DNA of 64,000 nucleotides from Octopus sinensis (Eukaryota). Made by a program: the position numbers and the translations under genes. Where the stretch lies: the NCBI RefSeq assembly GCF_006345805.1, contig NC_042999.1, forward strand, positions 171,058,001-171,122,000, given 5' to 3'. Positions 52,152-64,000 of the stretch are shown in pieces. The notes beneath the pieces are model-generated. The model was not told the DNA's origin. It searched no databases and saw only the letters and a list, made by a program, of their open reading frames with translations. Every line of letters starts with the position of its first letter. Positions within the stretch are counted from its first letter, which is position 1.

Positions 52152-52699
52152 TAATAATAATAATAATACTAACAACAACAATAAGATAACCTGCACTGAA
52201 TAACAACATGGATGTACTAAACCGGGCTCCCCATTCAAAAACAAATCTAATCCAATAACATCGACGGAATTAGATAAAGGAACCTGAGGAAAACTTGAAG
52301 GAAGCGGCCTTTTAACGAAAATACTAAAAAAAACCGAAATGTTACTGCCATATAAATAACAGTTCCTCCTACGCACGGTGTTTCAATGAAACATGTGCAA
52401 TACACACGCGCGATATCAACAATGAAAAGTTTACAAATTACAAAATAGAAATAGAATGAAACTGTGAGTACATAAATTGAGTAATTACACATACACTCGA
52501 ATGTCTACACAATCATATATACATTTTGATACCCATAGGACTACACATACATCCCAAATTTTACAGGACATACAGTCACGCACATGAAAGCATGTGTCAC
52601 AAACTAAGCAAAAACAAAATTAAAACTTATTTTTTTCTTCTTATTTTATTTTCCTTTTTTCGAACTAACACAGACAGAATGAACCATTCATAAGTTTAA

Positions 52700-55020
52700 A
52701 AGCACCACACGCAAAAAAACTATGTTCGGAGATAAATGTATCAACAAAAAATACAAGCGAATATAGATCTGCTAGCCTTAAGAAGCTACGCTACGGGCGA
52801 TGTTTACATGTAGAGAACACGGAGACGGGGTTGTCACAAAAAATTAACCCTAAACTGACAGATCCGTCTCCTAATGTAAGCGCCGAAGCTCGTCATGTCT
52901 CACTGTTAACAAAACAAATTACAAACCGCAATGGTCATCGATCGGATTACAGAGACCACATACTCGAATGTTGAAACAGATTCAGGTTGAAAAATCAGAT
53001 ACTGGTTCAAATCTTCCCGATACACAGGAACTGGTCGTACCCAACAACCGGAATATTCCAAAAGATGACCATCCATCCCCATCATCAAATAACCAAAAGA
53101 AAAAGAATGAAAAATGGTCTAGGGAAGATATTAAAGAAGTTCTTACGGCTTTCTACCATGTCATATATTTCCCCACAGATAAATGTAATACTATACAAAC
53201 CTACTTAAACTAGAGACAGAAACACCCTGAAGTAAGACCCTACATAGACAGTAACAAACTTGCCAACGTCAGAAGAAACATTATGAAAAAGAATTACTGC
53301 CTGAATTAGAGATTGACCAAATTAAATAAGCAGTAAAGGATAAAAAGAACAAAGCTGTAGCTAAAGAAGATACTACAGAGGAAATAATTATAGACCAGCC
53401 CAGGGCTGATAAAAATGCAGTAATGATTGAAAGAGTTAATGTAATTGATAGGCAAAGTGAAATACTCCCTGAACCAATCATAAACACTAAGGCAGAGGAA
53501 AATCAAATAGATGAAGAAAGTCCCCCAATATTGACCCAACAGAAGTGCATGAGCTAAAAAATCAAATCATAACTGAGTGTCTGAAAATAAAAAAAATACA
53601 GTATGGATGAACGCGACACTCTCCCAAAAATCTGCAACTCTAATCAATACATGAAAATAATTGGTAAAATCCGCCTCGCACTTAAGGATATAATTTCAGC
53701 TAATGATGTTGATATCAAAGATCTCAACCACCTGTACTATGCATCCGCGAAAATCTCAACGATTCTATGTGGTGAAAAGATTAGAAAACAGCAACATTCC
53801 CACAAAAAGCCTTCTTGGCAAGAGCATATCTAACACCAAATTAAGCTACTTAGGTTTGACATTGATGTTTGAAAAACCTTAAGTTTGACAAGTCTACCAA
53901 ACCTACAAAAACCCGAAAATTAAGGAAACAATATATGAAAACCATACTTGACATTGATGCCACCATAGAAACTATCAGGCAAAAGGTATGTGCTAAAGCT
54001 GCCCGCATAGCGAGGTATGAAAAGCGTGTTAGATTCTCCAAGGACAACAACATGTTCAAAAATAACCCCAAAAATGTTTACAGGAAGATAGAGAAAACAC
54101 CAGTTACTATAAAGTCTGTACCATCAAAATAAGAAGTACAGGGATTTGGGAAAAAAATTTGGACAGAAGAAAAACTACAGAACGAAAAGGCCTCTTGGAC
54201 CGATAGAATATCTACAGACTTGGACTCCTTAGAAGAGCAAAAGTGGAATGGTGTCAAGGTAGAATATATAAGATCTACTCTCAGGAGGTCAAGCAAATGG
54301 AACTCTCCAGGAAAGGATAAAATTCTCAACTTCTGGTTGAATGCCTTTCCAGAGAGCCATGAACTGCTAACAGAACATTACAACGATGTTTTGCAATACC
54401 CTAGTAGGATGCCTTCTTGGCTAGTTAATGGTTTAACATTCCTGCTCCCCAAAAGTGAAGAAATAAATGAACCAAAAAACTATAGACCCATAACCTGCTT
54501 AACAACTATGTATAAAACGCTAACATCTGTCCTGACTGAATACACCCATAGTTTTTTAATAGAAAGCAGTATATTCCCTAATGAACAAAAATGATGTAAA
54601 CGTAGATCCTATGGTTGTAAAGATCAGCTACTTATCAATAAGATGATCTTCGACGATTATCACAAACGACACAAAATCTTGTCAACAGCCTGGATAGACT
54701 ATAAAAAAGCTTTTGATAGCCTATCACATTGCTGGATTAAGAAATGCCTGGAAATGTATAAAATAGCGCCTACTCTGCGAAACGTTTTGTCTGTAAGTAT
54801 GAGATCATGGAGAACCACACTAACTTTGAACAGTGACAATGAATCTCTAAATGCTGGTGATGTAAACATTTCATGTGACATTTTCCAGGGTGACACGCTA
54901 TCACCACTCTTCTTTTGCCTAGCCTTAATACCTCTCTCAAAATTGCTCAGTGATGCACAGTATGGTATAAAATGTTTGATAAAAATATAAATCATCTCAT
55001 TTACATGGATGATTTAAAGC
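52700..55020 (+). mobile_element. R4/Dong-clade LINE (family 3): 5' region through RT YMDD, 3' half missing
   Basis: KWSREDIKEV..IDSNKLANVRRNIMK (R4 N-terminus), KWNSPGKDKILNFWLNAF, LLPK..NYRPITCLTTMYK, GCKDQLLINKMI, AWIDYKKAFDS, FQGDTLSPL, NHLIYMDDLKL. Multiple stops and frameshifts. 5' boundary approximate. Confidence 0.92.
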
Positions 55021-55315
55021 TTTTGGGGCTTGAATAATTCACCTATGGAAACATGGGTGTTTTGTTCATCATCCTTAAACAAACCTTATTCAGAGCAGGA
55101 TGGGCTACTCAACGAGAAGAACATTCTCAATGGGCCAACCTGCAAGGTCATGCACCGTTCATCTTGATATAAAATCACCATGTTGCGCACATATGATTGT
55201 GATGCATGTGCCTGGTGTACCATTATCAGATGTGTAGTCATGATGGATATATTGGTTTTCGTATATTTGTACCTCAATGTCATTTTGATAGCATGCACTG
55301 CTGTCTCACTCTCCA
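55020..55315 (+). mobile_element. 3' part of interspersed repeat family X, fused directly after the R4 YMDD
   Basis: tttggggcttgaataattcacctatggaaacatgggtg...gcatgcactgctgtctcactc runs into a trinucleotide tail. Not R4 coding in any frame I could read. Family recognised from memory. Confidence 0.5.
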
Positions 55316-55610
<295 letters not shown>

Positions 55611-57707
55611 ACAAGAACAACAATAACAATTACAACAGCAATCACAACAAAAACAACTGTGGTAATAGGAATAATTTCAATGATAACAAGAATTTCTTTC
55701 ATTCATTAATGCATCAACCACATGAATCCGACACTCATTTGAGGACTAAATGAGACCATAAAAATTTATAAAATCAGTATAATGCGATTTGATGTCATGC
55801 GGTTGTCTGCAAGATAATTTTCCAACATTGTCAGAAGAAAACTACAAATCTGTAAACTACAAAATTAAGAGAATATAATATATCAGTTCATTCAAACTGT
55901 GATAAGCCTGAAAGAAAAATAAGCCACTGTAGAATATGTAGGGAGATATGAGTGTTTGAACTGACGTGGGATATTGTATTCTTCTGATTTTGTAATTTAC
56001 AGACTATAGTAGTCTTCTTGCATCGTAGTTCACCTCTTTTGCTGAAAACAGCTTGACAGCAAGTTGCTGTTTTAAGTTGCCACAGTTAAAAATAAATACA
56101 GTTGAAAATGAAATAATCTGAGATTGTCAATATCTTATTAAGACAACCTATATAAGGCGGGCAAGTTGATGAACTTGCCCTGATGCAAAGAACTAGACGA
56201 AGTAATATCAATGATCAGAGAAAATTGGAAGGTCATCAAACTGAAAATCGCTCTCAATAATATCAGACGAGAATGTACGTGGACCTCTGGTGGGGAGCGA
56301 CGTGGGGGTGGGTAGTTGCTCGGGAAGATTTTGCTAAACTTCTCTGATGGTCCTTCTACAAGAAATGCGGTCAAGTGCCTGTCGTTTCTGTGGATACTTA
56401 ATCCAATTACTAATTCTACTGAGAAATTGACTACGTCAATGATATTTTTGTTTCAAGAGAGAAAAAAATGTTCATAGAAGGTGAAACTAACGTTTGCGAA
56501 GGGTCCTTCAACTGTAAAATGTGTCCCATTGTTAAACGATAGTAATTTATGAATTACCGTGCTATCTTAGATGGTCTAACAATGGTTTCCGATCAAATTT
56601 TCCATTGTCTTCTGCATATAGTACGTACACTTCGCTATTCAATATATTATTCTCTTTTTTTAAAACTGAAGAGTTAACAAGCAACAATTCTTACCATGTT
56701 GAAAAATCACATGCTGCAATAACTTACAAATGAATATTGTTTTATTTTATCAATTTTATAAGTTATTCCATTCGGAAATTTAAAACATTCTATGTTTTTG
56801 CATGACTTGCAGATTCTCCTTCCCTATCCACCCCATTTTGAAAATAAGGAGAAATCGAAATGTTATTACTTCAAGGAGAATTTGTCTAGAGAATCAAATT
56901 GAAACAACCAGAATTATTGACAGCGAACGTACGCAAACCACAATAGCTGTCAGTAAGCAGAAAACACTTAATATATCATCTAATGCCTTGCTGTACTCTC
57001 TAAAACTCATCGAAAATTCAGTTATATTCATTGTAAATAAATTTTAGATATATTTTATTTGTATTTTTCAAAATTTCTATTGCATTAATATCATTAGATT
57101 AATGGCGGAAATTCTTACATTCTTTCGTTTCAAATAAACCGAAAATCATCTATTACAAATCATCTTAAATTTGTTCACGTAAAATGTTATCAACTGTACA
57201 CGTCAAATAAGATTTTTCAGACACAGCTCGCAGCCAATCATTCTGAAATAAGAAGCATTACAGAGATTCTAACTTCGACGTATACTTGTTAAGATTCAGT
57301 GAGACAATATGATTAGAGTTGCGTTCTTAGCCTTGTATTCCATCTTTCTCACGTTCTCTCTCAACCTATGTATGTATATTTGTATACATACATAAATGCA
57401 TTCATATTTACCTATACGCCCGCGCACACATACTCACACACGCACACACGCATATATATATATATACACACATGGATATATACACACACATACATACAAA
57501 TGTGCACTCCCACAAACAAATATGTGTGTGTAAATGCATGAGTATTATGACAATGCACATGATAGTACATATTGTATGTATATTTGTGCATATGTATATA
57601 TCAAGAACCTTATACTCTCAACTCTGTATTTTGTTGTATATTTCCTCCTTCCAGTTTCTTTTTCCTAATTTACTCTCTTCAACATGCCATTATTATAAAT
57701 ATTATGA

Positions 57708-57875
57708 AGGCGCTGAGCTGGCAAAATCCTTAGCACGTGGAACGGAAGGCTTCACCCGACGTTTCGTTCTGAGTTCAAATTTCGAATTTCATCCTTTCGG
57801 GGTCGATAAATTAAGTACCAGTGAAACACTGGCGTCGATGTAATCGACTAATGTCCTCCACTAAAATGGCTGTCT
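57708..57875 (+). mobile_element. SINE family A
   Basis: ggcgctgagctggcaaaatccttagc..ttctgagttcaaattt..cctttcggggtcgataaattaagtaccag..gatgtaatcgacta. Confidence 0.88.
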
Positions 57876-57877
57876 GA

Positions 57878-57895
57878 TTATTATTATTATTATTA

Positions 57896-57951
<56 letters not shown>

Positions 57952-57975
57952 TATTATTATTATTATTATTATTAT
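57878..57975. repeat. (TTA)n microsatellite shared by a SINE tail and an R4 tail
   Basis: Direct reading of the sequence. Confidence 0.97.
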
Positions 57976-58245
57976 TGCCTTTGCACAGCTTCTAATGCTG
58001 GGGATGTACTACGATGTCAGCTGTTCACTACCAGTGAACTAAGGTAACACCTCTTATTTTTCGAGCACCTTCCGGTGTATTCGAGCGGTTCCAGCCAGTG
58101 CTGTTTTCTGTAAGTGTTCCACCCTTATTGCAGCCCCTATATGTTCCATGTACTTCTCAAGATCTTTACTCACTGTTCCCAGGGCTCGACAATTATTGGT
58201 ACCCACTACCACCTTTTGCATCGCCCACAACTGCTTTACCTCCCA
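57976..58245 (-). mobile_element. Short 3'-end copy of R4/Dong family 1
   Basis: ALGTVSKDLEKYMEHIGAAIRVEHLQKTALAGTARIHRKVLEK*. The 3' UTR is homologous to 12748-12830 and ends in (AAT)n. Confidence 0.92.
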
Positions 58246-58339
58246 GAGCTGCTGACAGGTCAGAGCAACGAAGAACACGTCCAGCCGCATTACAACTGAA
58301 AAATAACTTTCAAAGACTGGAATATTTACAATTTCCTGT

Positions 58340-58800
58340 GAGTATTTTGAATTTCTCTCAAAATAAGTTAAGAAACTTATATACCTACAGTTTTCGAACA
58401 CATAGACGATCAACTTTAAAACCTTTAATATCTACAACTTCTGTGGATACCTACCCTTTACATTCTCCTTGAGTATTCGGAAATGTAAACATCCTCTTTA
58501 TTCCAAGACACACAAAAGATCATCTCCAGTAAATTTTAAAACCTTAAATATCTAAAATTCTCTAAAAGTTTTACCTTCTTTTTCTTCCTTTCCTTTCTTC
58601 CGGAGTATTCGAAAATGTAAACATCCTCTTTATTGCAAAAACACTACAGTCTTCTCTGAACGGACATACAAACGAACATCTCATAAAAATTTTGAAATTT
58701 TAATATCTCCAATTTTGTGTGAACATTTTATCTTATCTTTTTCCCTGATTACCCGAATATGGAAACATGCCTTCCATTGTAACAACACAATTAAATGTAA
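58340..58800. repeat. Degenerate tandem repeat, unit about 131-144 bp, 3-4 copies
   Basis: gagtattcggaaatgtaaacatcctctttatt at 58471 and 58603, with more diverged copies at 58340 and 58747. Confidence 0.75.
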
Positions 58801-59400
58801 AAAAAAAGAACCCCAAAATTAAGTTTGAAGAGCAGACAGTACATTGATTGCGATTTTATTGAAGAGAGTATGAATAAATCCTAGACGCAGGAAGGATTCT
58901 TTACTCATGCAATAGCACGCACTCAAAATAAGTGGGAGAAAAACGAATGAGTTTATATGGGTGCAGCTGACGGAATCATATTATGGAAACAATCCACACC
59001 CCGATCCTTGGTAAATTATGCGCTGTTGTATCACAAAAAGTCTCTATACTTGATTTCATATACTTGAAGGACCACAAATAGAAATACGAATTATCTTTCA
59101 ACAAAGTGATAACATTTAAATTTATAATATGAGATTAATGGAACGACATCACAAATATATACACTCCAATGCAAGCATACGAGTTAAACGTGCACATAAA
59201 ATCTGTCTCCGCATTATCTCCCTAAATTCCGTCATCACATAAACCATGGCATATTTTGATCTCTAGTAGAAACCATATCTATCTTTGTGTACTAAGCGGC
59301 ATCTCAGTACAAGGTTTGAAACCATAAAGTTAATTGTGATCAGGCAGAGTAAAAGGTTTTTATAGAGATATTTTTACAGTGGGTCCCGTAATTTTCCCAG

Positions 59401-59545
59401 CAATCAACCAAAGTGCATGTCTAATAGTTCCAGTAAGACATAAACCTCAACCAAAGTGCATGTCAACCAAATCAATCAACCAAAGTGCATGTCTAATAAA
59501 GCAAAATCAACCAAAGTGAATTACTTTCAGTAAGACAAATCTCAA
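59401..59545. repeat. Cluster of tcaaccaaagtgcatgtc motif repeats
   Basis: Three full copies and one partial copy with variable spacers. Confidence 0.9.
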
Positions 59546-59596
59546 TGTTTGCCATCCAAAAATAGGTTCAAACATTTGTTCGGGTGACTCTCAGGA

Positions 59597-59700
59597 AGAG
59601 AGAGAGAGAGGGAGAGAGAGAGAGAGAGAGAGGGAGAAAGAGAGAGAGAGGGAGAGAGAGAGAGAGAGTGTGTGTGTGTGTGTTTGTGTGTGTGTGAGAG
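59597..59700. repeat. (AG)n then (TG)n microsatellite
   Basis: Direct reading of the sequence. Confidence 0.95.
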
Positions 59701-62239
59701 TATTATGAAAATTTGATGTTACAATGTGAACAGAGGAGACAAAATGCATATCAACTAAGATTTTCTTGTTTCCAATTTACTTAGAACGTGAAATATAAAT
59801 TATAGCGTTACTAACAAATATTACTACGCCATCTTTGTGCAACATTGAGTTTCAGAGATGTAAACCTCAGAATATTACACCACATTTCTTATACCATGGC
59901 ATTTTATTTTTGTTTGTTTTTCTTTCTTCTGCTGTACGAAATGTATAAATTGAAGTATGTGTTTTCTGTTGAATAGATGTCTTACAGAAGAAGATGAAAT
60001 AAAAAATAAAATGAAATAAAAGAAATTATGAGATTCCTGTATCATTATAGAATCATGTACTGGTAGGATTGCGTGCTGTGTCATTTTGTTTGGTGGCGTT
60101 TATATCTAATGTGTTATGTAGCTTGTGATATTCAATTAGTTGATTGTCGCATATGGTATATGTGAAAAACAGCGTATGTCGTTTGATTTATACTTTTGAG
60201 TTGACGGTGTCTTGCATATAGCTTCTACTGCGTCAATAAGAACTATGTCTTAGAATGCACAATGCTGTGAGTCCCAGAATGACTCACGCACTGCACCAAT
60301 TTTTAATGATTCTGTTTTTACTTTCAAGTCCGCCTCGTGTTTATCTAAATTTCACAATCCTTGTAGATAGATTTCTAATTCCTGTCATGTAATGTTATGA
60401 TCAAGGGAGGAACGCAATATTTATTGAAGGCATATTTTATTTTAATATTATTGATTATCATATCGATACAGTTGTCGACACACTTCGATATTAATTTAAA
60501 GGCTACATTTTTATTATCGACTTTCAGGTAGCACATGCGCAATGATATGCAGTAAACTCTTTTATACTGTCCCCAGCCGGAGTGAAGTTTTCATGACCGA
60601 ACTACAGCTATACGCAGGCATAATCTCTCATTTGGATTTATACCTAGTAACCATTGCATATTTGCATATCTCTACAACTTCGCTTGCTATTTGTGTGTGA
60701 TATAAGCCGTTCTAAAATTTTCATTGCACTTTTTCTTACACATTTATTATCGTTAGTAGTGTTTTCTTCCTGCTTCTTTAATACTAATAACTTTTTGTTT
60801 AAGCAAGTTTCAGGAGCTGAAAACTTTTTGTATTGAATCATCTTCAGTAGTAGGATTCGTTCTTATGTTTCATGGTCTATTTTCAGTCAATATTCTTCAT
60901 TAATTCATCACATTTTAAAAGAATATTACATGCACATTCTGTTAACAACTGCTTGGCAATATATTACCTTATAGTTGTCTGCTTTAAATTTCAGAGTTTT
61001 ATCTATTACGTGCTTTGCCGGCGTTCTACCAAGAAGTAATATTCCATTGATTTCATAACGGTAAATATACATTTGGTAAGCAATACTGAGATTACATATC
61101 GGCTTGCTTCACTTCACTTTCATTTTGTGTGTAGCAGTATTTCACTCTATAGCTTCATGTTATATATAATCAAATAATACACTTCTTTCGTTCGGTTTGC
61201 ATCAGTGGTAACAATAATATGAATGGGATAGGGTGAATTTTTCATTACAAATAACAGTATTTATGATGGTAGGGTTAGTAGCCCGCGCTTTTAACCAGTA
61301 GGCTATATGCCCGAGGGCAATTATAGAGTGCATTTTAGGGCTTATAAACTTTAGGAATGAGAATCCAGGCAGGAGGCCCATAAGAGAGAGAGAGAGAAAA
61401 AGAGGGGGGAGAGAGAGAAAGAGAGAAAGAGAGAGAGAAAGAGAAAGAGAGAGAGAGAGAGAGAGAATATTGGTCAAGTGGGAATTTTTAAAACATTGTC
61501 AGGTAGAGATTTGGCAATTTTGCACCACAAAGGGAAATTGTTTTATGCTATTTCGTTGCGGGCTTTCTGCTTAGAGTTCAAATCTTAGTGTCTTTCCCTT
61601 GATCTCCCTGATTTTCAGTTAGCAAAGAACAATGTACAGTGAAGGAATAATGTTAATTTAATTGATTGGACTACATCCACATTTGTTGGCTGTGCTAGTG
61701 ATAGAAATCTTTGTTATTGTTTGTAATAAAGGCTGATTGTTTTCATATATAAATAACAATTCTAATATTTATATAGATTTCATTCATAAATCTAGGTGCT
61801 TTTTGTCTTATTTTCACAACTGACATCATTGTCTATCATTGATGAATGATATTTGACGCTATAATTGATAACTCTTTTTCAAAATTATAAGTAATTTATT
61901 GATATCAATATTTATTGATATCAATGAAATTATAAACACCAATGAACTCAGGAGACTATTTGTAAATATATTTGAATATTTAGTCATACACAAACCTACA
62001 TATATATCGTTATACATCAACATATATACGCTTATATACTTAGCTCTAAATATTTACCTACATACACATACGTTATATATGTAATTGTGTATACACACAT
62101 ACACACATATATATACATACATACTTATATACACATATGTGTACCTGGTGTAGTACAGGAACACACACCACAAACACACACACACGCACACACACATGTT
62201 TATATAATGCACCACACAAACACACCTACTCTTATACAA

Positions 62240-62790
62240 GAATGTTGTTGACAGTGACTTTGAAGTTTTGACCAGCTTAGCCATCGTCAGACTGTGGTGC
62301 TTTGACGTTTGTCTTGCCTTTATATAGTTTTTATGTAGTCTCTGTTGTGTTAAGATCATCTTTGGGAGTGTGGGTGTGTTTAGGATGGCAATTAGATATT
62401 TTCTTCCGTTGTTATGGAAAGATTTTTGGAAAATTTTTAGTTGATTTAATTTGGAGTTATGCCATTGTTTAGAAGTTTTTCATGTATCTACAAATCTGTA
62501 AATTAGCTTGTAGGTCTTTCGCCGTTGGTAGGTAGGCACAAGGTGTGAAAGTATTTGTGTTGTGTTTTTGATATTATGTGATTTAATCCATTTGCTTTAA
62601 CACTATAAAGGTCAAAAGTACAAAGTTCAGAATTTAAGCCTTTTGCAATTGAGTGTACCAACTTTTTTCCATAAATAAATGTAGGTAGGTGGTATGTTTA
62701 GGCTATGCCTCTCTTTACTTGTTGTTATTATTTAAGGCATTTTTTGTTTTCTTTTCTAAGTTTTCTGTCAGGCATATCATGGCTTTGTTA
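62240..62790 (-). mobile_element. Penelope-like element 3' end with terminal hammerhead-like module
   Basis: A-rich minus strand with KSHNIKNTTQIL and KIFQKSFHNNGRKYLIAI, resembling a PLE C-terminus, followed by the hammerhead module at 62251-62295. Confidence 0.6.
62251..62295 (-). ncRNA. Type I hammerhead ribozyme remnant
   Basis: acagt-CTGACGA-tggctaagctggtc-AAAA-cttcaaag-TC-actgt: 5-bp stem I, intact CUGANGA, GUC site. GAAA and the stem III palindrome each differ from consensus by one CpG-type G>A change. Confidence 0.7.
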
Positions 62791-63359
62791 ATATAGAAAA
62801 CATTTTTTCTTGTGAGAAAAACAAAAACCTATTTGAGTAAAGGTTGTATGTTTATATGTTTCTCTGCAGGTGTCATTTATTCTATAAGCAATTTGATTAG
62901 CATATATGCACTATATGTTCCGGCAATGCATACATAAGAATGGATTCAAAAATCGGTTAAAAGTAGCGCTAATGCTGTAAACACGTACTCAATGTATGTG
63001 CTTTGCTTGTCGGGTGTAGGCTACTCACTGGCGCGGTGGAGATGACTCCTTCAAACTTTCAGGCGTTACAACACCTGAAAGTAAAAGACAGGCGAGACAA
63101 CTTGATCCAAATCACCTTCAGGAGCGATGGACATCAATGTTTCGTCATATTTGGCTTATCAATATTACGTATCTAAACCGATTTGGAGGCGAACTGAATG
63201 GCTAGTCCATGGCGATATACAAATACTATAAAAACCATTTGCTAGTATGCACTGATGATTCATACATAAGAATAAATTCAAATAGGAATTAGACGCAGCA
63301 CTCGTGGTCAGTTCGCTTCTAATTTGGTTCAGGTATGTGATGTTGATAATCCAAAAATT

Positions 63360-63615
63360 GGCGCTTCTGGGTAGAATAGAATTCGGGGCGAGTTGTGTCG
63401 CTGTCTATGACTTTCAGTTGTCTGAGCACCCGCCGCTTTTTTGCTGGCGCACAAGTCCAGGCAGGCAAATCCACTGTGAAGTTCACGATGATCTGCTGTT
63501 TCGACAGCAAGGGTATCATTCATAATCACTGGGTTCCCTGGCCAGACAGTCAACAACGAGTACTTTGTGAGAGTTTTGATGGAGTTTAGGAGGCGATTTA
63601 GTCACAAAATTTCAG
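63360..63615 (+). mobile_element. Mariner transposase fragment
   Basis: LLGRIEFGASCVAVYD, then KSTVKFTMICCFDSKGIIHNHWVP/GQTVNNEYFVRVLMEFRRRF, matching the mariner KSKIKVMLIVFFDSKGIVH..GQTVN..YY segment. Confidence 0.85.
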
Positions 63616-64000
63616 AGCAGAAGCAGAATACTTTGAATTAGCAAATGCTTTAGTGTGACGTGCATCCCACATATTGATGAAATATAGTTTGTGATATTAA
63701 ATACAGATAGTTATTCTTTCTAAAATTACTGGGATGGATTGAATGTGTAGTCATTCTGGATGTTTTTCTTATGTTTAAATCTATTTGTTTTTGTGAATTA
63801 CATAATCAAATAGCAAAAATAAATGGCTTTAACAGAAATGCTATTGAAAATGCAAATTCACTTGCATAAATCGGAGAAGTATCTACACATAATATTTTGG
63901 GGGAAATATCTACGGCATGAAGTCTATACCATACTTTTGCTTGTCTGAGTAGCACTTTTTTCTATAAAATGTATATACCTTATCGCATCACTCAGGCAAT

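Noticed and set aside
59401-59545. CRISPR-like appearance of repeated 18-mers
   Set aside because: Eukaryotic context, irregular and partly repeated spacers, and no cas genes.

Overview
AT-rich eukaryotic non-coding DNA, dense in microsatellites and transposon debris. The SINE and LINE families look like those of an octopod cephalopod (Octopus sp.); this is inferred from repeat recognition, not a search. No intact host protein-coding gene or true tRNA/rRNA gene is evident, and nearly all listed ORFs are microsatellite read-through. Contents: several tRNA-derived SINE families; a 5'-truncated CR1-type LINE with a 450-codon open RT frame; three R4/Dong-clade LINE families; a decayed Tx1/L1-clade LINE carrying a nested SINE; three mariner remnants; a solo LTR with a 4-bp TSD; and Penelope-like 3' ends. 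The most interesting structure is (i) hammerhead-ribozyme-like modules at Penelope-like ends, twice arranged as inverted pairs, (ii) several long fold-back palindromes of about 110-940 bp, (iii) a SINE and a CR1 LINE sharing a 3' tail, and (iv) R4-clade LINEs that appear tied to (TAA)n and (CATA)n microsatellites. A few splice-flanked short exon candidates are reported at low confidence.
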